In this document: in pieces, positions 9,066-16,685 of the stretch
Numbering within the stretch: position 1 is the first letter of the stretch
Layout: each line of letters starts with the position of its first letter
Translations under genes and position numbers: made by a program
Notes under the pieces: model-generated
Databases searched by the model: none
Seen by the model: only the letters and a program-made list of their open reading frames with translations
What the model was told of the DNA's origin: nothing
Assembly (NCBI GenBank): GCA_035707985.1
Contig: DASSTL010000015.1
Span: 26,798 to 90,797, forward strand
From: Nocardioides sp.
GTDB taxonomy: Bacteria > Actinomycetota > Actinomycetes > Propionibacteriales > Nocardioidaceae
Length of the DNA: 64,000 nt
Direction of reading: 5' to 3'

Positions 9066-9502
9066 CCGACCCGGAGACCAGCGCCGCCCTGCGCCGGATG
9101 GTGCGCGAGGTGCTGGCGGAGGTGCTGCCCCGCGACGCAGCGCCGGCTGTGGCCGCCGCCCCGGCAGCCGATGACGACGTACGCCGCGTGCACGTGCGTG
9201 ACGACCACGACCTCGCCGACCTGGTCATCCAGGTGCTCAACCTGGCCGAGGACCCGGCCCGCGCCGCCGACCTGAGGGCCGGCCGGATCCGGTTCCGGCT
9301 GGCCGACGCCTCGGGCACCGGGGCACCCAGTGGACCCGAGCCGCTCGTCGTCGACCGCGGTGCGGTCACCGAGCGCCTCATCCAGCGGGCCGCGCGCGAG
9401 GAGCGCCCGCTGCACATCGGGCCGCGAGCCGTGTTGACGCCGCTGGCGCGCGACCGCGCCCGCGCGCTGGGCGTCGACATCCAGCGAAGGGAGACGCAAT
9501 GA
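9062..9502 (+). CDS. BMC-associated protein of unknown function with N-terminal encapsulation peptide
   Basis: ALRRMVREVLAEVLP helix; C-terminal GAVTERLI...AVLTPLARDRARALGVDI motif typical of BMC accessory proteins. Confidence 0.8.
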   Translation: MTDPETSAALRRMVREVLAEVLPRDAAPAVAAAPAADDDVRRVHVRDDHDLADLVIQVLNLAEDPARAADLRAGRIRFRLADASGTGAPSGPEPLVVDRGAVTERLIQRAAREERPLHIGPRAVLTPLARDRARALGVDIQRRETQ

Positions 9503-9744
9503 TCCGCGCCACCGTGACCGGCACCGTCTGGGCCAGCCGCCGGCTCGCCGAGATCCCGAACGGAGCCTTCCTGGAGGTCCGCGCCAACGACGCGGCGACG
9601 ACGTTCGTCGCGTTCGACGTGCTCGGCAGCGGCGTCGGCGAGGAAGTCCTGGTCGTCCAGGGCAGCGTCGCATCCGCCTGGTTCGGCGACAGCCATCCAC
9701 CCGTCGACGCGCTGATCATCGGCTCCGTCGATCCCGCAGAGTAG
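9499..9744 (+). CDS. BMC-P pentamer vertex protein (EutN/CcmL family)
   Basis: ATVTGTVWASRR...VAFDVLGSGVGEEVLVVQGS...VDALIIGSVD. Confidence 0.95.
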   Translation: MIRATVTGTVWASRRLAEIPNGAFLEVRANDAATTFVAFDVLGSGVGEEVLVVQGSVASAWFGDSHPPVDALIIGSVDPAE

Positions 9745-9768
9745 GACCCGCAGAGTGAGGAGAGAACC

Positions 9769-10050
9769 GTGGCCAACAACGCCATCGGCATGATCGAGAC
9801 CAAGGGGTACGTCGCCGCGCTGGCGGGTGCGGACGCCATGGTCAAGGCCGCCAACGTCACGATCGTCGGCCGGGAAGAGGTCGGCGACGGGCTCGTCGCG
9901 GTGACCATCATCGGCGACGTGGGAGCGGTCAAGGCCGCGACCGAGGCCGGGTCGGAGGCCGCCGGACAGGTCGGCGAGCTGGTCTCCGTCCACGTCATCC
10001 CGCGGCCGCACGTCGAGGTCGGCAGGCACTTCGCGATCTCCTCCGAGTGA
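9769..10050 (+). CDS. BMC-H hexamer shell protein (PduA/EutM-like)
   Basis: [26 protein letters not shown]...GDVGAVKAA...VHVIPRPH. Confidence 0.97.
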   Translation: MANNAIGMIETKGYVAALAGADAMVKAANVTIVGREEVGDGLVAVTIIGDVGAVKAATEAGSEAAGQVGELVSVHVIPRPHVEVGRHFAISSE

Positions 10051-10730
10051 CCGTGTCCCACGTGGACACCGGGTCGCGGGGCGACGCGACCGCGGCTCGC
10101 GCCTCGGAGGTTGACCTGCGGGTCTACCTGCCGATCCACGACCTGCAACCGCAGTTCGCGGCGTACCTCGGGACGCCGATGCGGGCGCGCGGCTACCCGC
10201 CGTACGCCGGCCAGCACGCGCTGATCGTGGAGGTCGCGCCGGGGCTCGCCATCGAGCGGATCACCGACCTCGCGCTCAAGGCGGTGCCCGACGTCGACCC
10301 GGGGATCCTGTTCGTCGAGCGGCAGTTCGGCGTGCTCGAGGTGCATGCGGAGGACGCGGCGGACGTCGCCCGTGCGGGTGGGGCGATCCTGGCCGGGATC
10401 GGCGCGCTGCCGAGCGACCAGCTGCGGCCCGAGGTGCTGTACCGCGACGTCATCGAGGACCTCTCCGACCAGCACGCGATCATCGTCAACCGCACCCGGC
10501 AGGCCTCGATGGTGATGCCGGGCCAGACGCTGCTGGTGTGCGAGATGACGCCTGCGCTGTTCGCGGCGGTGGCCGCGAACGAGGCCGAGAAGGCCGCCCC
10601 CGACCTCACGCTGGTCGACGTCTCGATGATCGGAGCCGCGGGACGGATCTACCTCGCCGGAGACCCGGCCTCCATCGAGCGGGCTCTCGCCGCGATCGAT
10701 GAGGTACTCGGGTCGATCGAGGGGCGATGA
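10047..10730 (+). CDS. BMC-T tandem-domain shell protein (second copy)
   Basis: [50 protein letters not shown]. Confidence 0.92.
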   Translation: MTVSHVDTGSRGDATAARASEVDLRVYLPIHDLQPQFAAYLGTPMRARGYPPYAGQHALIVEVAPGLAIERITDLALKAVPDVDPGILFVERQFGVLEVHAEDAADVARAGGAILAGIGALPSDQLRPEVLYRDVIEDLSDQHAIIVNRTRQASMVMPGQTLLVCEMTPALFAAVAANEAEKAAPDLTLVDVSMIGAAGRIYLAGDPASIERALAAIDEVLGSIEGR

Positions 10731-10737
10731 TCCTCCC

Positions 10738-11736
10738 GTGAGCGAGCACGTGATGGAGCGCAGCGCGCTCGACCGCATCGCGCAGCAGGCCCTCACGCGC
10801 TACGACCTGCCCGAGGACAGCACCGCGGAGCTGGTCAACCTGTCCGAGAACGCGACGTACGCCGTCCGCACGGGCACCGGTGAGCCCACGGCCGCCCTGC
10901 GTGTGCACCGGCTCGACTACCACCCCGACGGCGCGATCCGCTCCGAGCTCGCCTGGATCGACGCGCTGCGCCGGGACGGCGTCGTCACCACGCCGGCGAT
11001 CGTGGCGGCGCGCGACGGCGAGCGCGAGCTGACCGTGGCCGACCCGCTCGGCGAGACCCTGCCGCGCGCGGTGGTGATGTTCGAGTGGCTGCCCGGCACC
11101 TCCCCCGACGAGGACTCGCTCGTCGACAACTTCGCCGAGCTCGGCGAGCTCACAGCTCGGTTGCACGTACACGCCCGCGAGTGGGAGTCGCCCGCCGGCT
11201 TCCGGCGGTTCTCCTGGGGGTACGACGAGGCCTTCGGCAGCATCGCCCGCTGGGGCCGCTGGCAGGACGCGCCTGGCGTGGACGCCGACACGCTGCCCGT
11301 CCTCACCCGTCTCGACGAGACCCTGCGCGACCGGCTGGCGGCGTACGGCCAGGGCCACGAGCGGTGGGGCCTGATCCACGCGGACCTCCGGTTGGCCAAC
11401 CTCCTCGAGAGCCCCGGTCTCCCGACGGCGGTCATCGACTTCGACGACTGCGGCTTCGGCTGGTACCTCTACGACTTCGGCGCGGCCGTGAGCTTCATCG
11501 AGGACCACCCGGACGTCCCGGCGGCGACCGTCCAGTGGGTCGAGGGCTATCGGCGCGTGGCGCCGCTCTCCGCCGAGGACGAGGCCGAGCTGCGGACCTT
11601 CGTGATGTTCCGCCGGCTGCTCCTGCTCGCGTGGATCGGGTCGCACAGGTCCGTCGACGTCGCCCAGGAGCTCGCGCCCACGTACGCCGTGGGCACCTGC
11701 AACCTGGCGGAAGAGTATCTGTCCTGCCACACCTGA
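10738..11736 (+). CDS. APH/choline-kinase-like phosphotransferase (probable 1-amino-2-propanol kinase)
   Basis: SENATY, ALRVHR, IHADLRLANLL, VIDFDDCGFGW; RMM locus context. Confidence 0.85.
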   Translation: MSEHVMERSALDRIAQQALTRYDLPEDSTAELVNLSENATYAVRTGTGEPTAALRVHRLDYHPDGAIRSELAWIDALRRDGVVTTPAIVAARDGERELTVADPLGETLPRAVVMFEWLPGTSPDEDSLVDNFAELGELTARLHVHAREWESPAGFRRFSWGYDEAFGSIARWGRWQDAPGVDADTLPVLTRLDETLRDRLAAYGQGHERWGLIHADLRLANLLESPGLPTAVIDFDDCGFGWYLYDFGAAVSFIEDHPDVPAATVQWVEGYRRVAPLSAEDEAELRTFVMFRRLLLLAWIGSHRSVDVAQELAPTYAVGTCNLAEEYLSCHT

Positions 11737-11769
11737 CCCGCGTTCTCGGACACATCCACAGGAGGATCG

Positions 11770-12534
11770 ATGTTCACACCGCTCGAGGGGCGCTCGGTCG
11801 TCGTGACCGGAGCCAGCAAGGGCATCGGCAAGGGGATAGCGGCCGCGTTCGCCCGCGCCGGTGCCCGCGTGCTCGTCGTCGGGCGCGACGGTGATGCGGC
11901 GCAGGCCACGGCCGACGAGCTCGGCAACGGAGCCTCGGCCTTCTCGGCCGACGTCGCCGATACGGACGCCTGTACGGCGATGGCGGCGACCGCGGTCGAG
12001 CGCCACGGTGGGATCGACGTGCTCTGCGCGAACGCCGGGATCTTCCCCGACGTGAAGCTCGCCGAGATGTCCTCGGCGGACATCGACCAGGTGCTCGGCA
12101 CCAACCTCAAGGGCAACATGCTCTCGGTGATCGCCTGCCTGCCCGCCCTCGAGGCGTCGGGGCGTGGTCGCGTCATCCTGACCTCGTCGATCACCGGTCC
12201 CATCACCGGCTTCCCCGGCTGGGCCCACTACGGCGCCAGCAAGGCCGGTCAGCTGGGCTTCATGCGCACCGCGGCGGTCGAGCTGGCCCGGAAGAACATC
12301 ACCGTGAACGCCGTGCTCCCGGGCAACATCATCACCGAGGGACTGGCCGAGCTCGGCGAGGGCTACCAGAGCTCCATGGCCGCCTCGATCCCGGCGGGCA
12401 AGCTCGGCACTGTGGACGACATCGGCAACGTCTGCCTGTTCCTCGCCACCGACGAGGCGGCGTACGTGACCGGCCAGTCGATCGCCGTCGACGGCGGACA
12501 GGTGCTGCCCGAGTCCTTGGACGCATTGGCATGA
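11770..12534 (+). CDS. SDR dehydrogenase (probable aminopropanol dehydrogenase/aminoacetone reductase)
   Basis: [28 protein letters not shown] (YxxxK), [15 protein letters not shown]. Confidence 0.85.
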   Translation: MFTPLEGRSVVVTGASKGIGKGIAAAFARAGARVLVVGRDGDAAQATADELGNGASAFSADVADTDACTAMAATAVERHGGIDVLCANAGIFPDVKLAEMSSADIDQVLGTNLKGNMLSVIACLPALEASGRGRVILTSSITGPITGFPGWAHYGASKAGQLGFMRTAAVELARKNITVNAVLPGNIITEGLAELGEGYQSSMAASIPAGKLGTVDDIGNVCLFLATDEAAYVTGQSIAVDGGQVLPESLDALA

Positions 12535-12544
12535 TGGTCGACTG

Positions 12545-13306
12545 ATGCTGGCCGACTCCATCCAGCGCGAGCTCCAGGCGCAGATCGACGCCGGTCGCTG
12601 GCAGCCGGGCCAGCGCCTCGGGTCCGAGCGCAGCCTGGCTGCCGAGCTGGGCGTGAGCCGCTCGTCCCTGCGGCAGGCGCTGGCCATGATGGAGCAGGCC
12701 GGCGCCGTACGCCGGGTGATCGGCCGCGGCGGCGGCACCTTCGTCAGCCACCAGAAGATCGACCGGGACCTCTCCCACATCCGCAGCGTCCCCGAGCTGC
12801 TCTCCGCCCAGGGAATCACTGCGGGCACCCGGATCCTCTCGACCGGAACCGCACCCGCGGCCGCGGCCACCAGCGAGGCCCTGGAGCTCGAGCCGGGTCA
12901 GCTGGTCTACGCGATCGTGCGCATTCGGCTCGCTGACGGCGCGCCGATCTCCCTTGAGCACGCCTGGCTCCCGGTGGTGCTGTTCCCGGGCCTGCTCGAC
13001 TTCCAGCTCGGTGGGTCGCTCTACGGGATCCTCGACGAGAACTTCTCGATCCAGCCCCAGGAGACGACCGAGCGGATCGAGGTCCTCCGCGCCACGCCGG
13101 ACGACGCGTCGATCCTGGGTATCGAGCGTGGCGACCCCCTGCTGTCGATCACCCGGGTCACCCGCAGCGCCGACGGCACGCCCTTCGAGCACTCCCACGA
13201 CCTTTTCCGGGCCGACCGCACCCGGATCGTCGTCCACACCGTCGAAGAGGGCGACGACACCACCACGGACCTCACCCGCCAGTCGTTCGAGCTGATCACC
13301 CACTGA
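12545..13306 (+). CDS. GntR/HutC-family regulator with UTRA domain
   Basis: GQRLGSERSLAAELGVSRSSLRQAL HTH; UTRA-like C-terminus (SLYGIL, PFEHSHDLFRADR). Confidence 0.9.
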   Translation: MLADSIQRELQAQIDAGRWQPGQRLGSERSLAAELGVSRSSLRQALAMMEQAGAVRRVIGRGGGTFVSHQKIDRDLSHIRSVPELLSAQGITAGTRILSTGTAPAAAATSEALELEPGQLVYAIVRIRLADGAPISLEHAWLPVVLFPGLLDFQLGGSLYGILDENFSIQPQETTERIEVLRATPDDASILGIERGDPLLSITRVTRSADGTPFEHSHDLFRADRTRIVVHTVEEGDDTTTDLTRQSFELITH

Positions 13307-13368
13307 CGCCGAGTCGGCGCGAAGTGACGACGAAATAGCGCCGACTCGTCATACGACGACTCGACGTG
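13305..13368 (+). repeat. 64-bp palindromic REP/MITE-like repeat, copy 2
   Basis: GACGCCGAGTCGGCGCGAAGTGACGACGAAATAGCGCCGACTCGTCATACGACGACTCGACGTG; overlaps the gntR TGA stop. Confidence 0.88.
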
Positions 13369-13410
13369 TGCTTGCCTGTCACCCCGCTCGGGTCGGCGCG
13401 GGCGTCACCG

Positions 13411-13502
13411 GGTTTCGACTCGCCTTGCGCGGCTTCGCAGGTTCAGCCGCGGGCTCGCTCAACCTGCACTCGCCCACGCCGCCCGTTCGTTCCTCACGGG
13501 CG
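13411..13502. repeat. Additional short hairpin/REP-like elements
   Basis: GGTTTCGAC...GCTCAACC-bounded imperfect hairpin (13411-13464) and CGCCCGT-tcgttcctc-ACGGGCG stem-loop (13480-13502); single copies in this window. Confidence 0.4.
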
Positions 13503-13511
13503 ACTGCTCGC

Positions 13512-13549
13512 TTGACAATGGTTCTCATTCTCACTGAGAATCATTCTCA
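13512..13549 (+). promoter_or_regulatory. Tandem Zur boxes overlapping the znuA promoter (probably leaderless)
   Basis: Perfect 7-1-7 palindrome TGAGAATCATTCTCA (13535-13549) and degenerate TGACAATGGTTCTCA (13513-13527); TTGACA -35 at 13512-13517; no RBS before ATG 13549. Confidence 0.85.
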
Positions 13550-14451
13550 TGCGACGGGTCATGCTCCTGGCGACGGTGCTGGGCCTGGTCGCGTCGCTGA
13601 CCAGCGCCTGCCGGCTCCCCCGCCCCGCCGACGACCACACCGTGGTGGCGTCGTTCTACCCGCTGTACTTCATCGCCGAGCGGGTCGCGGGTCGCTACAA
13701 CGAGGTCATCGACCTGACGCCGCCCGGCGTCGAGCCGCACGAGTACGAGCTCACCGTCCGCCAGGTCGCGGACATCGACAACGCCAGGGTCGGCTTCTAC
13801 GAACGCGGGATCGCCCCGTCGGTCGACCAGGCGATGGACAACGACTCGCCCGACCACGTGCTCGACGTGGCCGACGTCGTCCACCTGGCATCTCCGGTGA
13901 GCGGCTCGGGCGTGGAGTCCACGAGCGACGACAAGGACCCGCACTTCTGGCAGGACCCGACGCTGATGGCCGAGGCGACGGGTGCGTTCGCACGCACGAT
14001 GGCGCGGGCCGACCCGGCCCATGCGACGTACTACCGACAGCAGGCCCGGTCGCTCACCCGGCAGCTCATGGGCCTCGACCGCGACTACCGCACGACCCTG
14101 ACCCGATGCCGGATCGACACGATCGTGGTCAGCCACGACGCGTTCGAGTACCTCGCCCGCCGCTACGGCGTCGACGTCGTCCCGATCGCGGGCCTCGAGC
14201 CGGACGCGGAGCCCTCGCTCCAGCGCCTCCACGACCTCGCCGGGCTGATCCGCGACCGCGGCGTGACCACGGTCTTCTTCGAGACGCTGGCCGGTCCCGA
14301 GCTCGCCGAGTCGCTGGCCCGGGACGTCGGCGTGCGGACCGCCGTCCTCGATCCCGCCGAGGGCCTGACCTCGGATGACGCCCATGCCACCTACCTCACC
14401 CTGATGCGGCGCAACCTGGCCGCCCTGGCGAAAGCAGGCGACTGCTCATGA
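13549..14451 (+). CDS. znuA: Zinc ABC transporter substrate-binding lipoprotein
   Basis: Lipobox LTSAC; EPHEYE, DPHFWQDP, SHDAFEYLA, LDPAEG. Confidence 0.9.
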   Translation: MRRVMLLATVLGLVASLTSACRLPRPADDHTVVASFYPLYFIAERVAGRYNEVIDLTPPGVEPHEYELTVRQVADIDNARVGFYERGIAPSVDQAMDNDSPDHVLDVADVVHLASPVSGSGVESTSDDKDPHFWQDPTLMAEATGAFARTMARADPAHATYYRQQARSLTRQLMGLDRDYRTTLTRCRIDTIVVSHDAFEYLARRYGVDVVPIAGLEPDAEPSLQRLHDLAGLIRDRGVTTVFFETLAGPELAESLARDVGVRTAVLDPAEGLTSDDAHATYLTLMRRNLAALAKAGDCS

Positions 14452-15215
14452 CCACTCCCCTCGCCCTCGACCGGGTCGGTGTCGTCCTCGACGGGCGACC
14501 GATCGTCCGCGACGTGACCTTCGAGGTCGCCCGCGGCCAGGTCGTCGCGATCCTCGGCGCCAACGGCTCCGGGAAGTCCACCCTGGTCAAGGCATTGGTC
14601 GGCCTGAACCCCGTGAGCACCGGCTCGGTCTCGCTCTTCGGTACGCCGCTGCCGCACTTCCACGACTGGCAGCGGGTCGGGTACGTCCCTCAGCGGAGCA
14701 ACCTCGGCATCGGCGTACCGGCGACGGTCCGTGAGGTCGTCGCGAGCGGCCGGATCGCCCGGCGACGCCCCTTCCTGCCGATGTCGCGACGCGACCAGGA
14801 CGTGGTCGACGCTGCCGTGGACCTGGTCGGCCTCGGCGGTCGTTCGGGTCATGCCGTCGCGACCCTCTCGGGCGGCCAGCAGCAGCGCGTGCTGGTGGCC
14901 CGCACGCTCGCCGGGGAGCCCGACCTCCTGCTCCTCGACGAGCCCAACGCGGGGGTCGACCACGGCAGTCAGATGGCGATCGCCGAGACGCTCGGCGGCC
15001 GGGCCGACGCGGGAGCAAGTGTGGTCGTCGTCCTGCATGAGCTCGGGCCCTTCGCCCCCCTCATCGACCGGGTGATCGCTCTCCGCGAGGGCCGCGTGAC
15101 CTACGACGGCCCGCCCGACCAGCTCACGGACGGGGCTGCCCACGGCCACCACCACCTGTTCCACGGGGACGACGCCGTGGTGCCCCTCCAGGCGCCGCTG
15201 GAAGGAGAGCGCTGA
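14448..15215 (+). CDS. znuC: Zinc ABC transporter ATPase
   Basis: GANGSGKS, GYVPQR, LSGGQQQR, LLLDEP. Confidence 0.9.
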   Translation: MTTPLALDRVGVVLDGRPIVRDVTFEVARGQVVAILGANGSGKSTLVKALVGLNPVSTGSVSLFGTPLPHFHDWQRVGYVPQRSNLGIGVPATVREVVASGRIARRRPFLPMSRRDQDVVDAAVDLVGLGGRSGHAVATLSGGQQQRVLVARTLAGEPDLLLLDEPNAGVDHGSQMAIAETLGGRADAGASVVVVLHELGPFAPLIDRVIALREGRVTYDGPPDQLTDGAAHGHHHLFHGDDAVVPLQAPLEGER

Positions 15216-16216
15216 TGTGGGACCTGCTGCTCGCGCCCTTCATGATCCGGGCCGTCATCGCCGCCGCGGTCACGGGACTCGCGGCCCCGGGCATCGGCAC
15301 CTACCTCGTGCAGCGCCGGCTGTCGCTGATGGGTGACGGCATCGGCCACATCTGCGTCACCGGGGTCGCGCTCGGGCTGCTCACCGGCACGTCACCGACG
15401 TACACCGCCGTCGTGGTCGCGGTCATCGGCGCCCTCGTGATCGAGCTGATCCGGGCCTCGGGCAAGGCGACCGGTGACCTGGCGCTGGCGCTGCTGTTCT
15501 ACGGCGGCATCGCGGGTGGCCTGGTGCTCGTCCAGCTCGCCGGCAACGGCGCGTTCGCACTCCAGGCCTACCTGTTCGGGTCGATCACCACGATCTCCCA
15601 CGACGACGTCGTGGTCTCGGTCGTGCTGGCCGGGATCGTGATCGTCGCGGCGCTGGCCCTGATGCCGCAGCTGTTCGCCGTCTCGTACGACGAGGACTTC
15701 GCCCGAGCCAGTGGGGTCCCGGTGTGGTTCTACAACGCCCTGGTCTCGGTCCTCGCGGCGGTGACCGTGAGCGTTGCGATGCGCACGGTCGGGCTGCTGC
15801 TCGTCAGCGCCCTGATGATCATCCCGGTCGCGACGTCCCAACAGTTCACCAGGAGCTTCCGGTCGACGATGCTGCTCGCGATGGTCGGCGGGCTCCTCGC
15901 CTCGCTGGCCGGGGTGGTCATCTCCGCGTTCGCGAACCTCCCGCCGGGAGCGACGATCGTGCTGGTCGCGCTGGCCGGCTTCGTGGCGACGGCCCCCGTC
16001 GGCATGGTGCTCGAACGACGCCGGCGCGCGCGCGTGCCGTACGACGCGCACGCGCTGCCGCTGCACGAGGAGACCGGTGAGCGGCACCGCCACCAGCACG
16101 GACCCGGGTGCGGACACCTCGCGATCGAGCACGGAGACCACGTCGACTACGTCCATGACGGCCACCGGCACGCCGTCCACGTCACCGGAGAGGGGCAGCA
16201 CTATGACGAGCACTGA
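15215..16216 (+). CDS. znuB: Zinc ABC transporter permease with His/Cys-rich C-terminal tail
   Basis: LSLMGDGIGH, YLFGSI, VGLLLVSALMIIP; tail HQHGPGCGHLAIEHGDHVDYVHDGHRH. Confidence 0.9.
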   Translation: MWDLLLAPFMIRAVIAAAVTGLAAPGIGTYLVQRRLSLMGDGIGHICVTGVALGLLTGTSPTYTAVVVAVIGALVIELIRASGKATGDLALALLFYGGIAGGLVLVQLAGNGAFALQAYLFGSITTISHDDVVVSVVLAGIVIVAALALMPQLFAVSYDEDFARASGVPVWFYNALVSVLAAVTVSVAMRTVGLLLVSALMIIPVATSQQFTRSFRSTMLLAMVGGLLASLAGVVISAFANLPPGATIVLVALAGFVATAPVGMVLERRRRARVPYDAHALPLHEETGERHRHQHGPGCGHLAIEHGDHVDYVHDGHRHAVHVTGEGQHYDEH

Positions 16217-16610
16217 GCCGGGCTCAGGCCCACGGACGACGCCGCAGCGGCAGGCGGTCCTCGACGCGCTCGACGGTCTCGACGACTTCCGCTCCGCCCA
16301 GGAGGTGCACGAGCTGCTCGCCTCCAGCGGCTCCGGGGTCGGGCTCGCGACGGTGTACCGCACCCTCGCGCTGTACGCCGACCACGGGCTCGTCGACGTA
16401 CTCCGACGCGAGGACGGCGAGGCGATCTACCGCCGGTGCTCCGACACCCACCACCATCACCTGGTCTGCCGTTCCTGCGGCGCGACGGTGGAGGTGGAGG
16501 GCCCGGCGGTCGAGAAGTGGACGTCGGCGATCGCGGCCGAGCACGGCTTCGCCGACCTCTCCCACACGCTGGAGATCGTCGGCACCTGTGCCGACTGCCA
16601 GGAGGACTGA
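16203..16610 (+). CDS. zur: Fur-family zinc uptake regulator
   Basis: TPQRQAV, GLATVYRTL, HHHHLVCRSCG, GTCADC. Confidence 0.9.
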   Translation: MTSTEPGSGPRTTPQRQAVLDALDGLDDFRSAQEVHELLASSGSGVGLATVYRTLALYADHGLVDVLRREDGEAIYRRCSDTHHHHLVCRSCGATVEVEGPAVEKWTSAIAAEHGFADLSHTLEIVGTCADCQED

Positions 16611-16685
16611 GCGGCAACTCCGGGCGGGGTGCCTGCATCTCATCGGCGAACCCGGACACACCGGGGACGAACGGGGAGCAGTGCG

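Noticed and set aside
11770-12534. fabG (fatty-acid synthesis) call for the SDR
   Set aside because: BMC context and the [15 protein letters not shown] motif fit the aminoalcohol dehydrogenase subfamily better
13368-14378. 336-aa ORF overlapping znuA
   Set aside because: Arg/Pro-rich off-frame shadow that begins within repeat DNA
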